Of a DNA stretch of 64,000 nt, positions 11,369 through 24,600 are shown one piece after another. Position 1 is the first letter of the stretch. Each line of letters opens with the position of its first letter. The DNA comes from Grus americana (Eukaryota): contig NC_072878.1 of assembly GCF_028858705.1 (NCBI RefSeq), positions 4,115,923 to 4,179,922 on the forward strand. The letters run 5' to 3'. The position numbers and the translations under genes were made by a program. Below the pieces are notes generated by a model, which searched no databases, was not told the DNA's origin, and saw nothing but the letters and a program-made list of their open reading frames with translations.

Positions 11369-14203
11369 ATGTTGTGGGATGATGTGCCCAGGTTGGAGGG
11401 AAGGGGCGCTGGTGAGGGCCCTCAGCCTACTGCTCAGAGATGTGCTGGACACACTACAGCACACTCGAAGCCTAGAGGAGACAAGCCAGGGGCTCCAGAT
11501 GCAACAGGAACCAACAGGGTAACACTGGGAAGATACATCAAAAGAATCCCAGCCACCCCAGCCAATAAGTCAGCCTCATCGGGGGCACAACTGAAATGCC
11601 TCTACACGAACGCACGGAGCATGGGGAATAAACAAGAGGAGCTGGAGACATGTGCGCGCCTGCAAGGCTATGACATTATTGGCATTAGAGACACGTGGTG
11701 GGATAGCTCCTATTACTGGAGTGTTGGGATGGAAGGGTACAGGCTCTTTAGGAAGGACAGGCAGGGCAGGCGAGGAGGGGGAGTCACCCTCTATGTCAAT
11801 GACCAGCTGGAGTGCATGGAGCTCCACCTGGGGATGGATGAGGAGCCGACTGAGAGCCTATGGGTCAGGATTAAAGGGAGGGCAGGGACAGGGGACATCA
11901 CAGCAGGGGTCTGCTACAGACCACCTGACCAGGGGGACCAAACAGATGAAGCCCTCTATAGGCAGATAGGAGCAGCCTCACGCTCACAAGCCCTGGTCCT
12001 TATGGGGGACTTCAACAACCCCGACATCTGTTGGACGGACAAAGCAGCTGAGCGTAAGCAATCCAGGAGGTTCCTGGAATGTGTCGATGACAACTTTCTC
12101 CTCCAAGTGATAGAGGAGCCCACGAGGAGAGGTGCCATGCTGGACCTTATTCTCACCAATAAGGAGGATCTGGTAGGGGATGTCAAGCTCAAGGGCAGCC
12201 TTGGCTGCAGTGACCACGAAATGGTGGAATTCAGGATCCTCAGGGCAGCGAGGAGAGCACTCAGCAAGCTCACTACCCTGGACTTCAGCAGAGCAGACTT
12301 TGGCCTCTTCAGGGATTTGCTTGGTAGAATACCATGGGACAAAGCCCTGGAAGGAAGAGGGGCCCAAGACAGCTGGCTAATATTCAAGGGTCACCTCCTC
12401 CAAGCTCAGGAGCGATGCATCCCAACACAGAGGAAGTCAAGCAAATCCACCAAGAGGCCCCTGTGGATGAACAAGGAGCTCCTGGGCAAAGTCAAACAAA
12501 AAAAGGAAGCCTGCAGAGGGTGGAAGCAAGGGCAGGTAGCCTGGGAAGAATACAGAGAAACTGTCTGAGCAGCCAGGGAGCAGCTTAGGAAAGCCAAAGC
12601 CCTGATAGAAATTAGTCTGGCCAGGGATGTCAAGGACAACAAGAAAAGCTTCTATAGGTATGTCAGTGAGAAAAGGAGGACGAGGGAAAATGTGGGTCCC
12701 CTCCGGAATGAAATGGGCGAGCTGGTTACCCAGGATATGGAGAAGGCTGAGGTACTCAACGACTTCTTTGCCTCAGTCTTCACTGGCAAATCCTTGAGCC
12801 ACGCTGCCCAGGTCGCAGAAGGCAGGGACTGGGAGAATGCAGAACCGCCCACTGCAGAAGAAGATCAGGTTCGAGAATATCTAAGGAACCTGAAGGTGCA
12901 CAAGTCCATGGGACCTGATGAGTTGCATACACAGGTCTTGAGGGAACTGGCGGATGAAGTGGCCAGGCCGCACTCCATCATATTTGAGAAGTCCTGGCAG
13001 TCTGGCAAAGTTCCCACCAACTGGAAGAGGGGGAACATAACCCCCATTTTTAAGAAGGGTAAAAGGAAGACCCAGGGAACTACAGGCCGGTCAGTCTCAC
13101 CTCCGTGCCTGGCAAGATTATGGAGCAGACCCTCCTGGAGACTATGCTCAGGCACATGGAAAATTAGGAGGTGATTGGTGACAGTCAACACGGCTTCACT
13201 AAGGGCAAATCGTGCCTGACAAACTTGGTGGCCTTCTACGATGGGGTTACAGTGTTGGTGGATAAGGGAAGGGCAACTGACATCATCTACCTGGACTTGT
13301 GCAAAGCATTTGACGCTGTCCTGCATGACATCCTTGTCTCTAAATTGGAGAGACATGGATTCGATTGGATGGACCACTCGGTGGATAAGGAATTGGCTGG
13401 ATGGTCGCACTCAAAGAGTTGTGGTCAACAGCTCAATGTCCAAGTGGAGAACAGTGACGAGTGGCGTTCCTCAGGGGTTGGTACCGGGACCGGCACTGTT
13501 CAACACCTTTGTCGGCAACATGGACAATGGGATTGAGTGCACCCTCAGCAAGTTTGCCAACGACACCAAGTTGTGTGGTGTGGTCAACATGTTGGAGGGA
13601 AGGGATGCCATCCAGAGGGACCTTGAGAGGCTGGAGAGGTGGGCCCGCGCAAACTGCATGAAGTTCAACAAGGCCAAATCCAAGGTCCTGCACATGGGTC
13701 AGGGCAATCCCAAGCACAACTACAGGCTGGGCAAGGAATGGATTGAAAGCAGCCCCGAGGAGAAGGACTTGGGGGTACTGATTGATGAGAAGTTCAACAT
13801 GAGCCGGCAGTGTGCGCTTGCAGCCCAGAAAGCCAACCATGTCCTGGGCTGCATCAAAAGAAGCGTGACCAGCAGGTCGAGGGAGGTGATCCTGCCCCTG
13901 TACTCCACTCTTGTGAGACCCCACCTGCAGTACTGCCTCCAGCTCTGGGGGCCCCAGTACAGGAGAGACATTGAGCTGTTGGAGCAAGTCCAGAGGAGGG
14001 CCATGAAGCTGATCAGAGGGCTGGAGCACCTCTCCTGTGAGGACAGGCTGAGAGAGTTGGGGCTGTTCAGTCTGGAGAAAAGGCGGCTCCAGGGAGATCT
14101 AATTGTGGCTTACCAGTACCTGAAGGGGCCTACAGGAAAGATGGTGAGGGACTGTTTATCAGGGAGTGTAGTGACAGGACAAGGGGTAATGGGTTTAAGC
14201 TGA
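11369..14203 (+). pseudogene. CR1 ORF2 (APE-type endonuclease + RT), interrupted by at least three frameshifts/stops
   Basis: Four consecutive partially overlapping frames cover EN ([15 protein letters not shown]...SDHEMVEF) and RT ([25 protein letters not shown]...[20 protein letters not shown]...YLDLCKAFD...[12 protein letters not shown]...). Confidence 0.8.
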
Positions 14204-17200
14204 AGGAGGGTCGATTTAGATTAGATGTTAGAAAGAAATTCTTTACTGTTAGAGTGGTGAGGCACTGGAACAGATTGCCCAGAGAGGTTGTGGAGGCCCC
14301 ATCCCTGGAAGTGTTCAAGGCCAGGTTGGATGAGACTTGGGCAACGTGGTCTAGTGGAGGGTGTCCCTGCCTGCAGCAGGGGGGTTGGAACTAGATGATC
14401 TTTGAGGTCTCTTCCAACCCAAACCATTCTATGATTCTATGATTCTATGAAGTTTGACATATGTTAGCCCTGCTTCCAAGCTCGCTCAGGTGCTCTGAAC
14501 ATGCACCACTAGGGCAGCCAGCACATAAAGATGCTGTGCTGTCACCAGCACCTTTGGTGTGGTGTGGCCTCAGGTACTGCTGGCAGGGACGCCACAGCTC
14601 TAGCTGGAGAACCAGGAGAGTCACTTCAGCACAGCCCTGGGACCATGTTCCAGCCTCACTGAGGTTCACAAAGGAGGCATCACAAAGGAGGGGAGGGACT
14701 GTCCTCAAGCTCGACCCCGTTCTGAGAAACTCCTGCAACAGAAGAGCAATGTGCAGTGCATGCAGGGGCACCGAGCATTCAGAAATACCAGCTGCAGCCA
14801 GGAGTGTTGGACTACTCCGAGATTTTTTTACCTCAAGAGGTACTGGAGATTTCCCATCATAGTGAAGGAGTGTCAAATCTTGTCTTGCGCTACCTGAGCC
14901 ATTGCACTGTAGTCTTGGCTCCAGTCCCCCACCAATGAGGACAGAAGGAGAAGGCACGCACCCTGCCTGTGATCAGATCTTCTGCTACCTATCTTGCCCT
15001 GGCATCATCTCCGCACTCCTCTTCCCAGGTGGGCTTCACAGGTCTACAGGCCTCACAAATGTCTATCTAGCTCCCATCTCAAAATTGCACATGGAAAGAG
15101 GAAAAAAAACACCAGTCTGAAGGAAAGGCACTACATTTCCTTTGCACCTTGTGTTAATAATTGGGACACGGGGACACTTGGGAGTTATACTGTGACATCC
15201 ATCTTTGTCCAAACTAGAAGCAGCAGAATATGCCAGGTCCTGGAGGACTGCATTAGGAAGCTGAGCGAAGACATCCTGTACCTGGTGAGGCATAAGCTTC
15301 CTCATCAGGCTGTCCTTCCTGTGTGAAGGTTTATTCTAACCCAAAGCCTCTGTGTTGCCATTGGAGATAATCTTCCATCTCCTGTTCATGCTCATGTCCA
15401 GGCAGAATAGACTAGTCTCCTTTCCTCCAGCTTTCCAGCACCATTTCTAATTCCAGTCTTGCCCTCCAAGAAATCTAATGGGAAAAAACACACAAGACCC
15501 ATCCTTTTCTTTGTCCTTTTCCCTCAGCATTCAGGTATGGGATCCCAGGCTAGATGAATCTTTTGTTGAATCCAGTACAGCCATTCCCAAGTCATCTGAA
15601 TCCTAAAGAAGAAACGGCTCAGGGAGCTGGCTTTACCAGGATTGTTCACGTGCCTAGAAAGGTCATGGCAGGCTAATAGAAAAGCTTTCACTTGTACTTT
15701 GCTAGGGTTTTGAAAGAACAAAAAGTACCACTGGAGAAAAGAAAAACTTACCCCAAGAAGAGCTTCTGACAGCTGTTCAGTCTCATTCAGCCTTTGCAGA
15801 AACTTTTTTTAGAATCTTATTTTCACATCTTTTCCTAGAATAACCAGCAGGCTAATGTCCTTCAAAATAAGAGCAACCTGCTTCCCACGCTGGAGGCAGT
15901 GAGAGAATAGTTGCATGGTTCTTCCTATGCAAAGCCTCCACTGTATTCTGAGAAACTGCTATGTTCCAGGCTATCCAAGCATACTTCATGGACTCAGCTT
16001 CCTTTAGACCTAGGAAGCAACAACAGAGGAGCAAAGACACTAACAGAAGTTCAGCAGGCTAAAAGAGAGGGCCAGGAGCTTTGAGGTCTTCAAGCAACAC
16101 AGTGCTACAGAGCTGTCTTCTTCAACCCTCCAGTAAAGTTTATGAAGGTGGTTGATGTTCATCTGTCCCTAGGAGAAGTTCAAAGCACTCTGTAACCTGA
16201 TGCAGTGCCAAGTGTACAGCAATGTTTTTTTCCCAGCAGAAACAGGAAAAAAACAAGCAAAACCCAACAAAAACCCAAGGTCCTAATCATCTGGTATGAA
16301 CGCGAGGCAGGATGGCAGGACAAGAATGGTGGGAAAGAGGGCCAGTTCCCATGAGAAGGGAGCAGGTGCTGGTCAATGTAATTGTGTCCACGCTCAGAGC
16401 AGTCCAGGTTTGAAGAAACTTAGCTGTGCCACATCACATGGATGCAATGATGAAGGAGAACACAAGCTCCCCAACAGCCCTTAAGATCTTTCTGGCCACC
16501 ACCAGGACCCTCAGCATTGGTCAGCAAACACCCCACACTGCCAGAGGCCTGTCCCTGAGGTATGTCAAGCTGATGTTCACATCACAGATGCAATGGAGTC
16601 ATTTGAAAGGAAAGACAAACTCCAAGCACAACTCTGAACTCCTGGTGAGCCCCACAGACACCACCGATGTCACACTACAGTGGCAGTGCTGGCAGCACTG
16701 ATGAGCAATCACAGCACATCCAGACTCTGATGGGTTTTCCCACACCCTACTGTTTCCACCTCCATTTCAAGGCTCTCTACAGCTGGCTTCAATACTCTTC
16801 TAAGTAGGAGAATAGTAAGAGCCAGCATGAATGCCGGTGTTTGCCTCTACAAGGTCTGGTGGGGCATAAATATGGGCCAACAGTTTTAACTAATCTGATC
16901 GGAAGCAGCAGTCCCAATACAGCTGGTATGTAACCACCTATTAAAGCAAGGGGAGAGAGGGAGAGAAAAAGAGATTATAATTTTATTCCTCATTAAGAAG
17001 TCATGATAATTAAAATAAAACCCTGAAGCTGTTCTCAAGACCTGGTGAAGGAGTTCTAGATTTCTAAGAGTAACTGCTGAACAGCAATTATTCACAGCCC
17101 AGAGGCATCACGAGGGGAAGCATAAGCTTCAGTGTCTTCCTACCAGCAACCTGGTAAGAAGACATTCTTAGTCTACAATTGGCGAGGCCACAAACCTCTA

Positions 17201-18759
17201 CAATATACTTGGAAAAACGAAATGTGGGTCTGCAGATAGTCAGAAAACCCTTCTTTCCATCACCCGCTTGTTCTCTAACAACACTGAAGGTCCCAAGTTG
17301 AATAATTCTGACATCCTGAAAACAGGAAAATGTAACTAGTCTGTCTGATAGGAAAAAACTGATGACTTGTCAGAGCACAGGGATGTTGCTCTGGGCCCTG
17401 TCCGCTCCTGACTGATGAAGGGGAAAGACAGAACACTCTGGAGAACCCATGGAGAAGCCTTGGAGAAGTCCTTTTGAAGAGCATTCCAGATATTTTCCTC
17501 CCCCTCTTCTTCGCCTTCTCAAAAATGAATGTAAAACCAGAAGAATCATCCCTCAAATACATAAGATCATAAGAAGTGTTTCCAAGAATGAAGGTAACCT
17601 CAGAAAAATGTGCCGAGCTCTGTGTTTGATCTTTCCACTCTGACAGGTGGGTATAGACAAGGCCCGGAAAGCATCTATCACAACTATTTACTGAAGGTGG
17701 ACTGGAGTTTTTCTCATCTCATTTTGAGGAAAAGATGGTCCATTGCCCATGCCATCTGCAGTGTCCTTCCGAAAGGGTTTTCTTTTGTTTTCTAAGGAGG
17801 GGAAGAACAATTGCACACATGGCACAGGGGTGTCAGGACCACTGAAACCATTGGAGTAGGAGGGGAGGGACAAGATGATAACCCACCTTGCTCAGCACAA
17901 GCTGCAAGCTGCTCTATGTCAAACACTCTTCCCCAGATAGCAAGGGTCTTTGGAAAGCAAGTGAAAGGCACATCATGCCTTTCCAGGTTGGCCAGGTGAC
18001 AACTATTCAGCACGTGCCTAACCAAGAGGATAAATGCAGGTGTAATCAAATGACATTCCCAACTTGACCTCATCCATGATGGGCTGCAGACCTCAGCTGG
18101 GTAAGGCCTTCAGGCTATAACCTTTAATCTTACCCCAGAAGAGGTCTGGAGCTGAAGCAGAGGCATTGGGACAGAGTGATCCTGCCACCCGACAGCCACA
18201 AGAACCTCAGGCACGTTAGAATGAAGTCACTCTCCTGCTATGACATCGCTCTTGTTTGTCAGTACATTGCAACGCACTGGTGGTGTAGGCTGTGAGGAGT
18301 GGTTCTGAGCAAGTAGTCTTGTGTAATTAAACTGTGAACTTAAAATGTTTCAGGCTCAAGAGGGAACATCCCACCAAGATGGCCTGGCTCTGGGGATACT
18401 TGGTGCTAACCCACATGTGGAGGAGGAAATCAGAGGTCATCAGAGGTGACAGAATCCCTCAACCATTCAGGTGCGAAGGGATCTTGAGTGGTCTCCAGCC
18501 CAACCTCCAGCTCATATTAACACCAAAGCCACCCCAAGTTCCTCAGGGTTCTGTTCAATGGAGTCCTAAAACCCTTGAAGAACAGAGAGTCCATAACCTC
18601 TCCAGACCTGTTCTTTGTTATCCTGACCGACTGCACATCCAGACTCACCTACACTTGTTTGATGACCATCATCTCTTATCCTCCACAAATCTTGTAAAGA
18701 CTGCTATCCTTTTGCCCCAGTGGCAAATGACTGTGCAGCATCAATACTAGGTCAGGATC

Positions 18760-19490
18760 CAGTATGTACGTGAAGCGCGCGTCTGTATTCATGCTACAGG
18801 AAGGATGTATGGTCTGGGGAGAGGTGTCTGTGTTACGTGTGCCTGTGTTTGTATGTGCCCTGGGCATTCTGGTGGACACCAAGCTGACCATGAGCCAGCA
18901 GTGTGCCCTTGTGGCAAAGCAGGCTGAGGATATCCTGGGCTGCATTAGGAGTGTTGGTCAGGGGAGGGGATCCTGCCCCTCAGCACTGGTGAGGCCCCAC
19001 CTGGAGAGCTGTGTCCCCAGTACCAGACAGACGAGGACACACTGGCCTGAGTCCAATGAAGGCCTGCAAAGATGATGAAGGGATTGGAGCATCTCTCCTG
19101 GTGAGGAAAGGCTGAGAGAGCTGGGACTGTTCGACCTGGAGAAGAGAAGGCTCAGGGGGATCTTATCAATGTAGATAAATAACTAAAGGGAGAGTGCAGA
19201 GAGGACGGAGCCCGGGTCTTCTCAGTGGTGCCCAGTGACAGGACCAGAGGCCATGGGCACACACTGGAACACAGGAGGGTGCCTCTGAACATCAGGAAAC
19301 ACTTTTTGACTGTGAGGGTGACTGAGCACTGGCTCAGGTTGCCCAGGGAGGCGGTGGAGTCTCCATCCTTCAACAGACTTGAAATCTGACTAGACATGGC
19401 CCTGGGCAACCAGCTCTAGGTGGACCTGCTTGAGCAGGAGGTTGGACCATATGATCTCAAGATATCCTTTCCAACCTAGATGATTCTGTG
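18760..19490 (+). mobile_element. CR1 fragment (older/different subfamily, RT C-terminus + 3' UTR)
   Basis: Frame 18764-19075 contains ...DTKLTMSQQCALVAKQAEDILGCIRSVGQGRG...LVRPHLESCV. 3' end ...ctagatgattctgtg. Near-identical to the fragment at 32700-33345. Confidence 0.7.
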
Positions 19491-20189
19491 GCTCATGTCC
19501 AATTTACCCAGGTGACCAACAGACCTAGCCACCTAGGCTCCACTTCCTGCATGACTCCCCCAGTTTCTGAGGGACTCAGGCATCCAGATGCCTCCTTCCC
19601 ACCAAATTCCCTCAGCTCGTGTCTGGGGGACCTAGGAGTCCAGGGAACCCATCTCTCAAGCCCCCTCTGCCCATGTCTGGAGGACCCAGGCCTCCGAGGG
19701 TCCACTTGCATGGGTGCCCTGCTCCCCCCCATCCCAGGGACAAAGATGTTCAGGCAGGAACAGGAGAAGGTTGGTGCCACCAGTGACAGGCCATCTTAAG
19801 GCTGGGGGGCCTGGAGGTGACAGCATTATCCCTAGGGTGCTGGGCGGGTTGGCCTGCAGAGAAGAGGGTGGCATTAGGTGGCATCAATTACCTGGGAACA
19901 CCCCAAACCTTGGGACATCCCCCACGTTAGGGGTGGTGGGGATCTGTCACCTGGAGACCCCCACACCCTGAGGACACACCAGGGGCACCATCATGTGCGA
20001 CTTCCGCCCTGAAGACACAGGGGCACCTGCTACCCCCCACACCTATTAGACCCTACCCAGGCTGCAGGGTGGCACTGGCAGCAGTGGTACCTGGGGGATG
20101 CTGGTGGGGTGTGTGTCTGGGAGGGGCTCCCAAATACCCCTTGGTATCAATCTCATCCCCCACTGTGTCGCTACATTCTCCCCTGCTCC

Positions 20190-21400
20190 TGTGTCCCACT
20201 GTTTTGGGTTTGCGTGGCAAGGTTTTGGTAGCAGAGGGGGCTACCGAGGTGGCTTCTGTGAGAAGATGCCAGAAGCTTCCCCTGTGTCTGACAGAGCCAA
20301 TGCCAGCCGGCTCCAAGACAGACTCGCCACTCAGCAAGGCTGAGCACAGCAGCAACAGTGGTAGCGCCTTTGGGATAACAGAGTTAAGAAAGGAAAAAAA
20401 ACCAACCAGGAGCAATTGCAGCGAGAGAGAGTGAGAAGATGTAAGAAACTCTGCAGACACCAAGGCCAGTGCAGAAGGAGGGGCAGAAGGTGCTCCAGGC
20501 GCCGGAGCAGAGATTCCCCTGCAGCCTGTGGAGAAGACCATGGTGAAGCAGGCTGTCCCCCTGCAGGCCATGGAGGAAGGATGAGGGGGAGCAGAGATTC
20601 CCCTGCAGCCCGTGGTGAAGACCATGGTGAAGCAGGCTGTCCCCCTGCAGGCCATGGAGGAAGGATGAGGGGGAGCAGAGATTCCACCCGCAGCCCGTGG
20701 AGGACCCCACACCTAAAGGAGACTGTGACCCTGTGGGAAGCCCGCGCTGGAGCAAGCTCCTGGCAGGACCTGTGGCCCCAAGGAGAGGGGAGCCCATGCC
20801 AGAGCAGGTTTGCTGGCAGGACTTGTGACCCCGTGGGGGACCCACGCTGGAGCAGTGTGGTCCTGAAGGTCTGCACCCCATGGAAGGGACCCACACTGGA
20901 GCAGTTGGTGAAGAACTGTAGCCTGTGGGAAGGACTCACATTGGAAGAGTTGGTGGAGAGCTGCTTCCCATGGGAGGGACCCCATGCTGGAGCAGGGGAA
21001 GAGTGTGAGGGGTCCTCCCCCTGAGGAGGAAGGAGCAGCAGAGACACCGTGTGATGAACTGACAGCAACCCCCATTCCCCATCCCCCTGGGCCGCTCGGG
21101 GTGGGGGGAGGAGGTGGAGACTTTGGGAGTAAAGTTAAGCCTGGGAAGAAGGGAGGGGTGGAGGGAGGTGTTTTTAAGATTTGAGTATATTTCTTGTTAC
21201 TCCTCTCTATTTTCTTGGTAATAAATTAAATGAATTTTTTTCTAAGTTGTCTGTTTTGCCCATGACGGTAACTGGTGAAAGATCTCTCCCTGTCCTTATC
21301 TCGACCCACAAGCCTTACGTTATATTTTCTCTCCCCTGTCCAGTTGAGAACGTGGAGTAACAGAGTCCCTCACCTGCTCCCCAGTGCCCCTCCCATCCCC
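20190..21400 (+). mobile_element. Solo LTR (same family as 8380-9435), with an internal perfect about 85-bp tandem duplication
   Basis: Starts tgtgtcccactgttttgggtttgcgtggcaaggttttggtagcagagggggctaccgagg. The block agagattcccctgcagcc(t/c)gtgg(a/t)gaagaccatggtgaagcaggctgtccccctgcaggccatggaggaaggatgagggggagc occurs twice back-to-back (about 20500-20580 and 20585-20665). Ends ...ctcacctgctccccagtgcccctcccatcccc immediately before the CR1 at 21405. Confidence 0.7.
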
Positions 21401-21404
21401 TTAT

Positions 21405-23560
21405 TCATAGAATCATAGAATGGTTTGGGTTGGAAGGGACCTCAAAGATCATCTAGTTCCAACCCCCCTGCTGCAGGCAGGGACACCCTCCACTAGACCA
21501 CATTGCCCAAAGTCTCATCCAACCTGGCCTTGAACACTTCCAGGGATGGGGCCTCCACAACCTCTCTGGGCAACCTGTTCCAGGGCCTCACCACTCTAAC
21601 AGTAAAGAATTTCTTTCTAACATCTAATCTAAATCGACCCTCCTTCAGCTTGAACCCATTACCCCTTGTCCTGTCACTACACTCCCTGATAAACAGTCCC
21701 TCACCATCTTTCCTGTAGGCCCCTTCAGGTACTGGTAAGCCACAATTAGATCTCCCTGGAGCCGCCTTTTCTCCAGACTGAACAGCCCCAACTCTCTCAG
21801 CCTGTCCTCACAGGAGAGGTGCTCCAGCCCTCTGATCAGCTTCGTGGCCCTCCTCTGGACTTGCTCCAACAGCTCAATGTCTCTCCTGTACTGGGGCCCC
21901 CAGAGCTGGAGGCAGTACTGCAGGTGGGGTCTCACAAGAGTGGAGTACAGGGGCAGGATCACCTCCCTCGACCTGCTGGTCACGCTTCTTTTGATGCAGC
22001 CCAGGACATGGTTGGCTTTCTGGGCTGCAAGCGCACACTGCCGGCTCATGTTGAACTTCTCATCAATCAGTACCCCCAAGTCCTTCTCCTCGGGGCTGCT
22101 TTCAATCCATTCCTTGCCCAGCCTGTAGTTGTGCTTGGGATTGCCCTGACCCATGTGCAGGACCTTGGATTTGGCCTTGTTGAACTTCATGCAGTTTGCG
22201 CGGGCCCACCTCTCCAGCCTCTCAAGGTCCCTCTGGATGGCATCCCTTCCCTCCAACATGTTGACCACACCACACAACTTGGTGTCGTTGGCAAACTTGC
22301 TGAGGGTGCACTCAATCCCATTGTCCATGTTGCCGACAAAGGTGTTGAACAGTGCCGGTCCCGGTACCAACCCCTGAGGAACGCCACTCGTCACTGTTCT
22401 CCACTTGGACATTGAGCTGTTGACCACAACTCTTTGAGTGCGACCATCCAGCCAATTCCTTATCCACCGAGTGGTCCATCCAATCGAATCCATGTCTCTC
22501 CAATTTAGAGACAAGGATGTCATGCAGGACAGCGTCAAATGCTTTGCACAAGTCCAGGTAGATGATGTCAGTTGCCCTTCCCTTATCCACCAACACTGTA
22601 ACCCCATCGTAGAAGGCCACCAAGTTTGTCAGGCACGATTTGCCCTTAGTGAAGCCGTGTTGACTGTCACCAATCACCTCCTAATTTTCCATGTGCCTGA
22701 GCATAGTCTCCAGGAGGGTCTGCTCCATAATCTTGCCAGGCACGGAGGTGAGACTGACCGGCCTGTAGTTCCCTGGGTCTTCCTTTTACCCTTCTTAAAA
22801 ATGGGGGTTATGTTCCCCCTCTTCCAGTTGGTGGGAACTTTGCCAGACTGCCAGGACTTCTCAAATATGATGGAGTGCGGCCTGGCCACTTCATCCGCCA
22901 GTTCCCTCAAGACCTGTGTATGCAACTCATCAGGTCCCATGGACTTGTGCACCTTCAGGTTCCTTAGATATTCTCGAACCTGATCTTCTTCTGCAGTGGG
23001 CGGTTCTGCATTCTCCCAGTCCCTGCCTTCTGCGACCTGGGCAGCGTGGCTCAAGGATTTGCCAGTGAAGACTGAGGCAAAGAAGTCGTTGAGTACCTCA
23101 GCCTTCTCCATATCCTGGGTAACCAGCTCGCCCATTTCATTCCGGAGGGGACCCACATTTTCCCTCGTCCTCCTTTTCTCACTGACATACCTATAGAAGC
23201 TTTTCTTGTTGTCCTTGACATCCCTGGCCAGACTAATTTCTATCAGGGCTTTGGCTTTCCTAAGCTGCTCCCTGGCTGCTCAGACAGTTTCTCTGTATTC
23301 TTCCCAGGCTACCTGCCCTTGCTTCCACCCTCTGCAGGCTTCCTTTTTTTGTTTGACTTTGCCCAGGAGCTCCTTGTTCATCCACAGGGGCCTCTTGGTG
23401 GATTTGCTTGACTTCCTCTGTGTTGGGATGCATCGCTCCTGAGCTTGGAGGAGGTGACCCTTGAATATTAGCCAGCTGTCTTGGGCCCCTCTTCCTTCCA
23501 GGGCTTTGTCCCATGGTATTCTACCAAGCAAATCCCTGAAGAGGCCAAAGTCTGCTCTCC
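21405..23560 (-). mobile_element. 5'-truncated CR1 LINE copy (about 2.15 kb; mid-ORF2 to 3' end), about 99% identical to the 10150-14455 element but inverted
   Basis: Minus-strand frames 21645-22607, 22312-22677 and 22674-23156 give proteins identical to the plus-strand copy except for a single residue (RRAMKLIRG vs RRATKLIRG). The 3' end is tcatagaatcatagaatggtttgggttgg at 21405. Confidence 0.9.
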
Positions 23561-24049
23561 TGTCCCCACATTTCCCCCTCCCCATGCCCACCAGGAGATG
23601 TGGCAGCAGGGGCCACACCAAGGTGAGGAGGGGTGATGCAGGTGGCCCCCAGGTGCTGTTGAGGATCTCCATGCTGTGCCATGACAGTGGAGGGCAGACA
23701 CAGGGCTGGGCAGCATCTGCAGGTGAGAGGGGTTCAGGGATTATGGATCACCCATGGGTGCCAGGTACGCACTCCCTGGGTGTGCCATACTCACCACCAG
23801 GACTCATTCACCCGCTTGGATCCATCTGCCCCTTCCCCCAGGCCTGTCCCCTCAGAGCTCACCTCCCCTCCTTGTTCTGTCCCCTCAGACCTTGCACCCT
23901 GGGCCTGTACCCCCCAAACCCTCACCCTATCCCCTCATACCTCGCACCTCCACTCCTCGGCCTATCCCCCCCAGGGCCTGTCCCCTCAGAGCTCACCCCA
24001 CAGCCTGACCTTGTCCCCTCAGGCCTCACATCTCCTCCCCATGCCTGTC

Positions 24050-24600
24050 CCCTCAGGCCTCACACCCCCAGGCCTGCCCCCCATCCCTCACCCCGCACCT
24101 CAGGCCTCGCTCCCCTGGCCCCGCCCCCTCTCCGCCCCGCCACCCGCCCACCAATGGGAGCGCGCCGAGGGGGCGGGGCGAGCCGTGCGTTCCGCCCCGC
24201 TCCCCCTCCCTCCCTCCCTCCTCTCCCCGCCGCGGGAGCGACAGGGAAGTGGCGACGCGTGCGTGTTGCTGCGGCGCGGCGGGCAAGATGGCGGCGTTGG
24301 TTGCTGAGCAGTGGGGTCGGGCCTGGGGCCGGGGCGGTGGGTCCCGGCCAGCGCTCAGTGGAGCTGCGGCTCCCCGGGGGAGCCTGGGCCGAGGCCGAGA
24401 CCGAGACCGGGGTCCGCGCCGACCCCGTCCCCTCTGTCCCCTTCAGCCCTCGCTGCGGCGAGCCCGGCCACGCCCGGGGGCCGCCCCGGCTTCGCTCGCC
24501 CCCGCGGCCCGGCCCTGGTGGGAAAATCCCGGCCCTGGGCGGGGGCAAACCGTGCCCTGAGGGGAGGTAAATCCAGCCCAGGGGTGGGGAGATAAATGCA
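24050..24600 (+). promoter_or_regulatory. MVP: CpG island / putative MVP promoter and non-coding first exon (candidate splice donor gag|gtaaat near 24566)
   Basis: Very CpG-rich segment containing gggcaagatggcggcg (an AAGATGGCGGC YY1/TSS-type motif). A 103-codon upstream ORF (24249-24560) ends before a gtaaat donor. The first coding exon at 25319 is preceded by an acceptor (ccccacag at about 25301), implying an upstream non-coding exon as in mammalian MVP. Confidence 0.45.

Larger units (their letters stand above)
10150..14455 (+). mobile_element. Near full-length CR1 LINE (about 4.3 kb) with ORF1 and frameshifted ORF2 (APE endonuclease + reverse transcriptase)
   Basis: ORF1-like frames at 10248-10610 and 10707-11327. 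ORF2 endonuclease at 11369-12568. RT frames at 12692-13174, 13171-13536 and 13241-14203 ([19 protein letters not shown]...YLDLCKAFD...[13 protein letters not shown]). Ends with the canonical CR1 tail ggggggttggaactagatgatctttgaggtctcttccaacccaaaccattctatgattctatgattctatga. Confidence 0.9.

Noticed and set aside
20053-21075. ORFs of 219, 245 and 202 aa inside the solo LTR
   Set aside because: Products of the internal tandem duplication and GC-rich repeats of the LTR (repeated ACRGTACFTMVF motifs). LTRs do not encode proteins.
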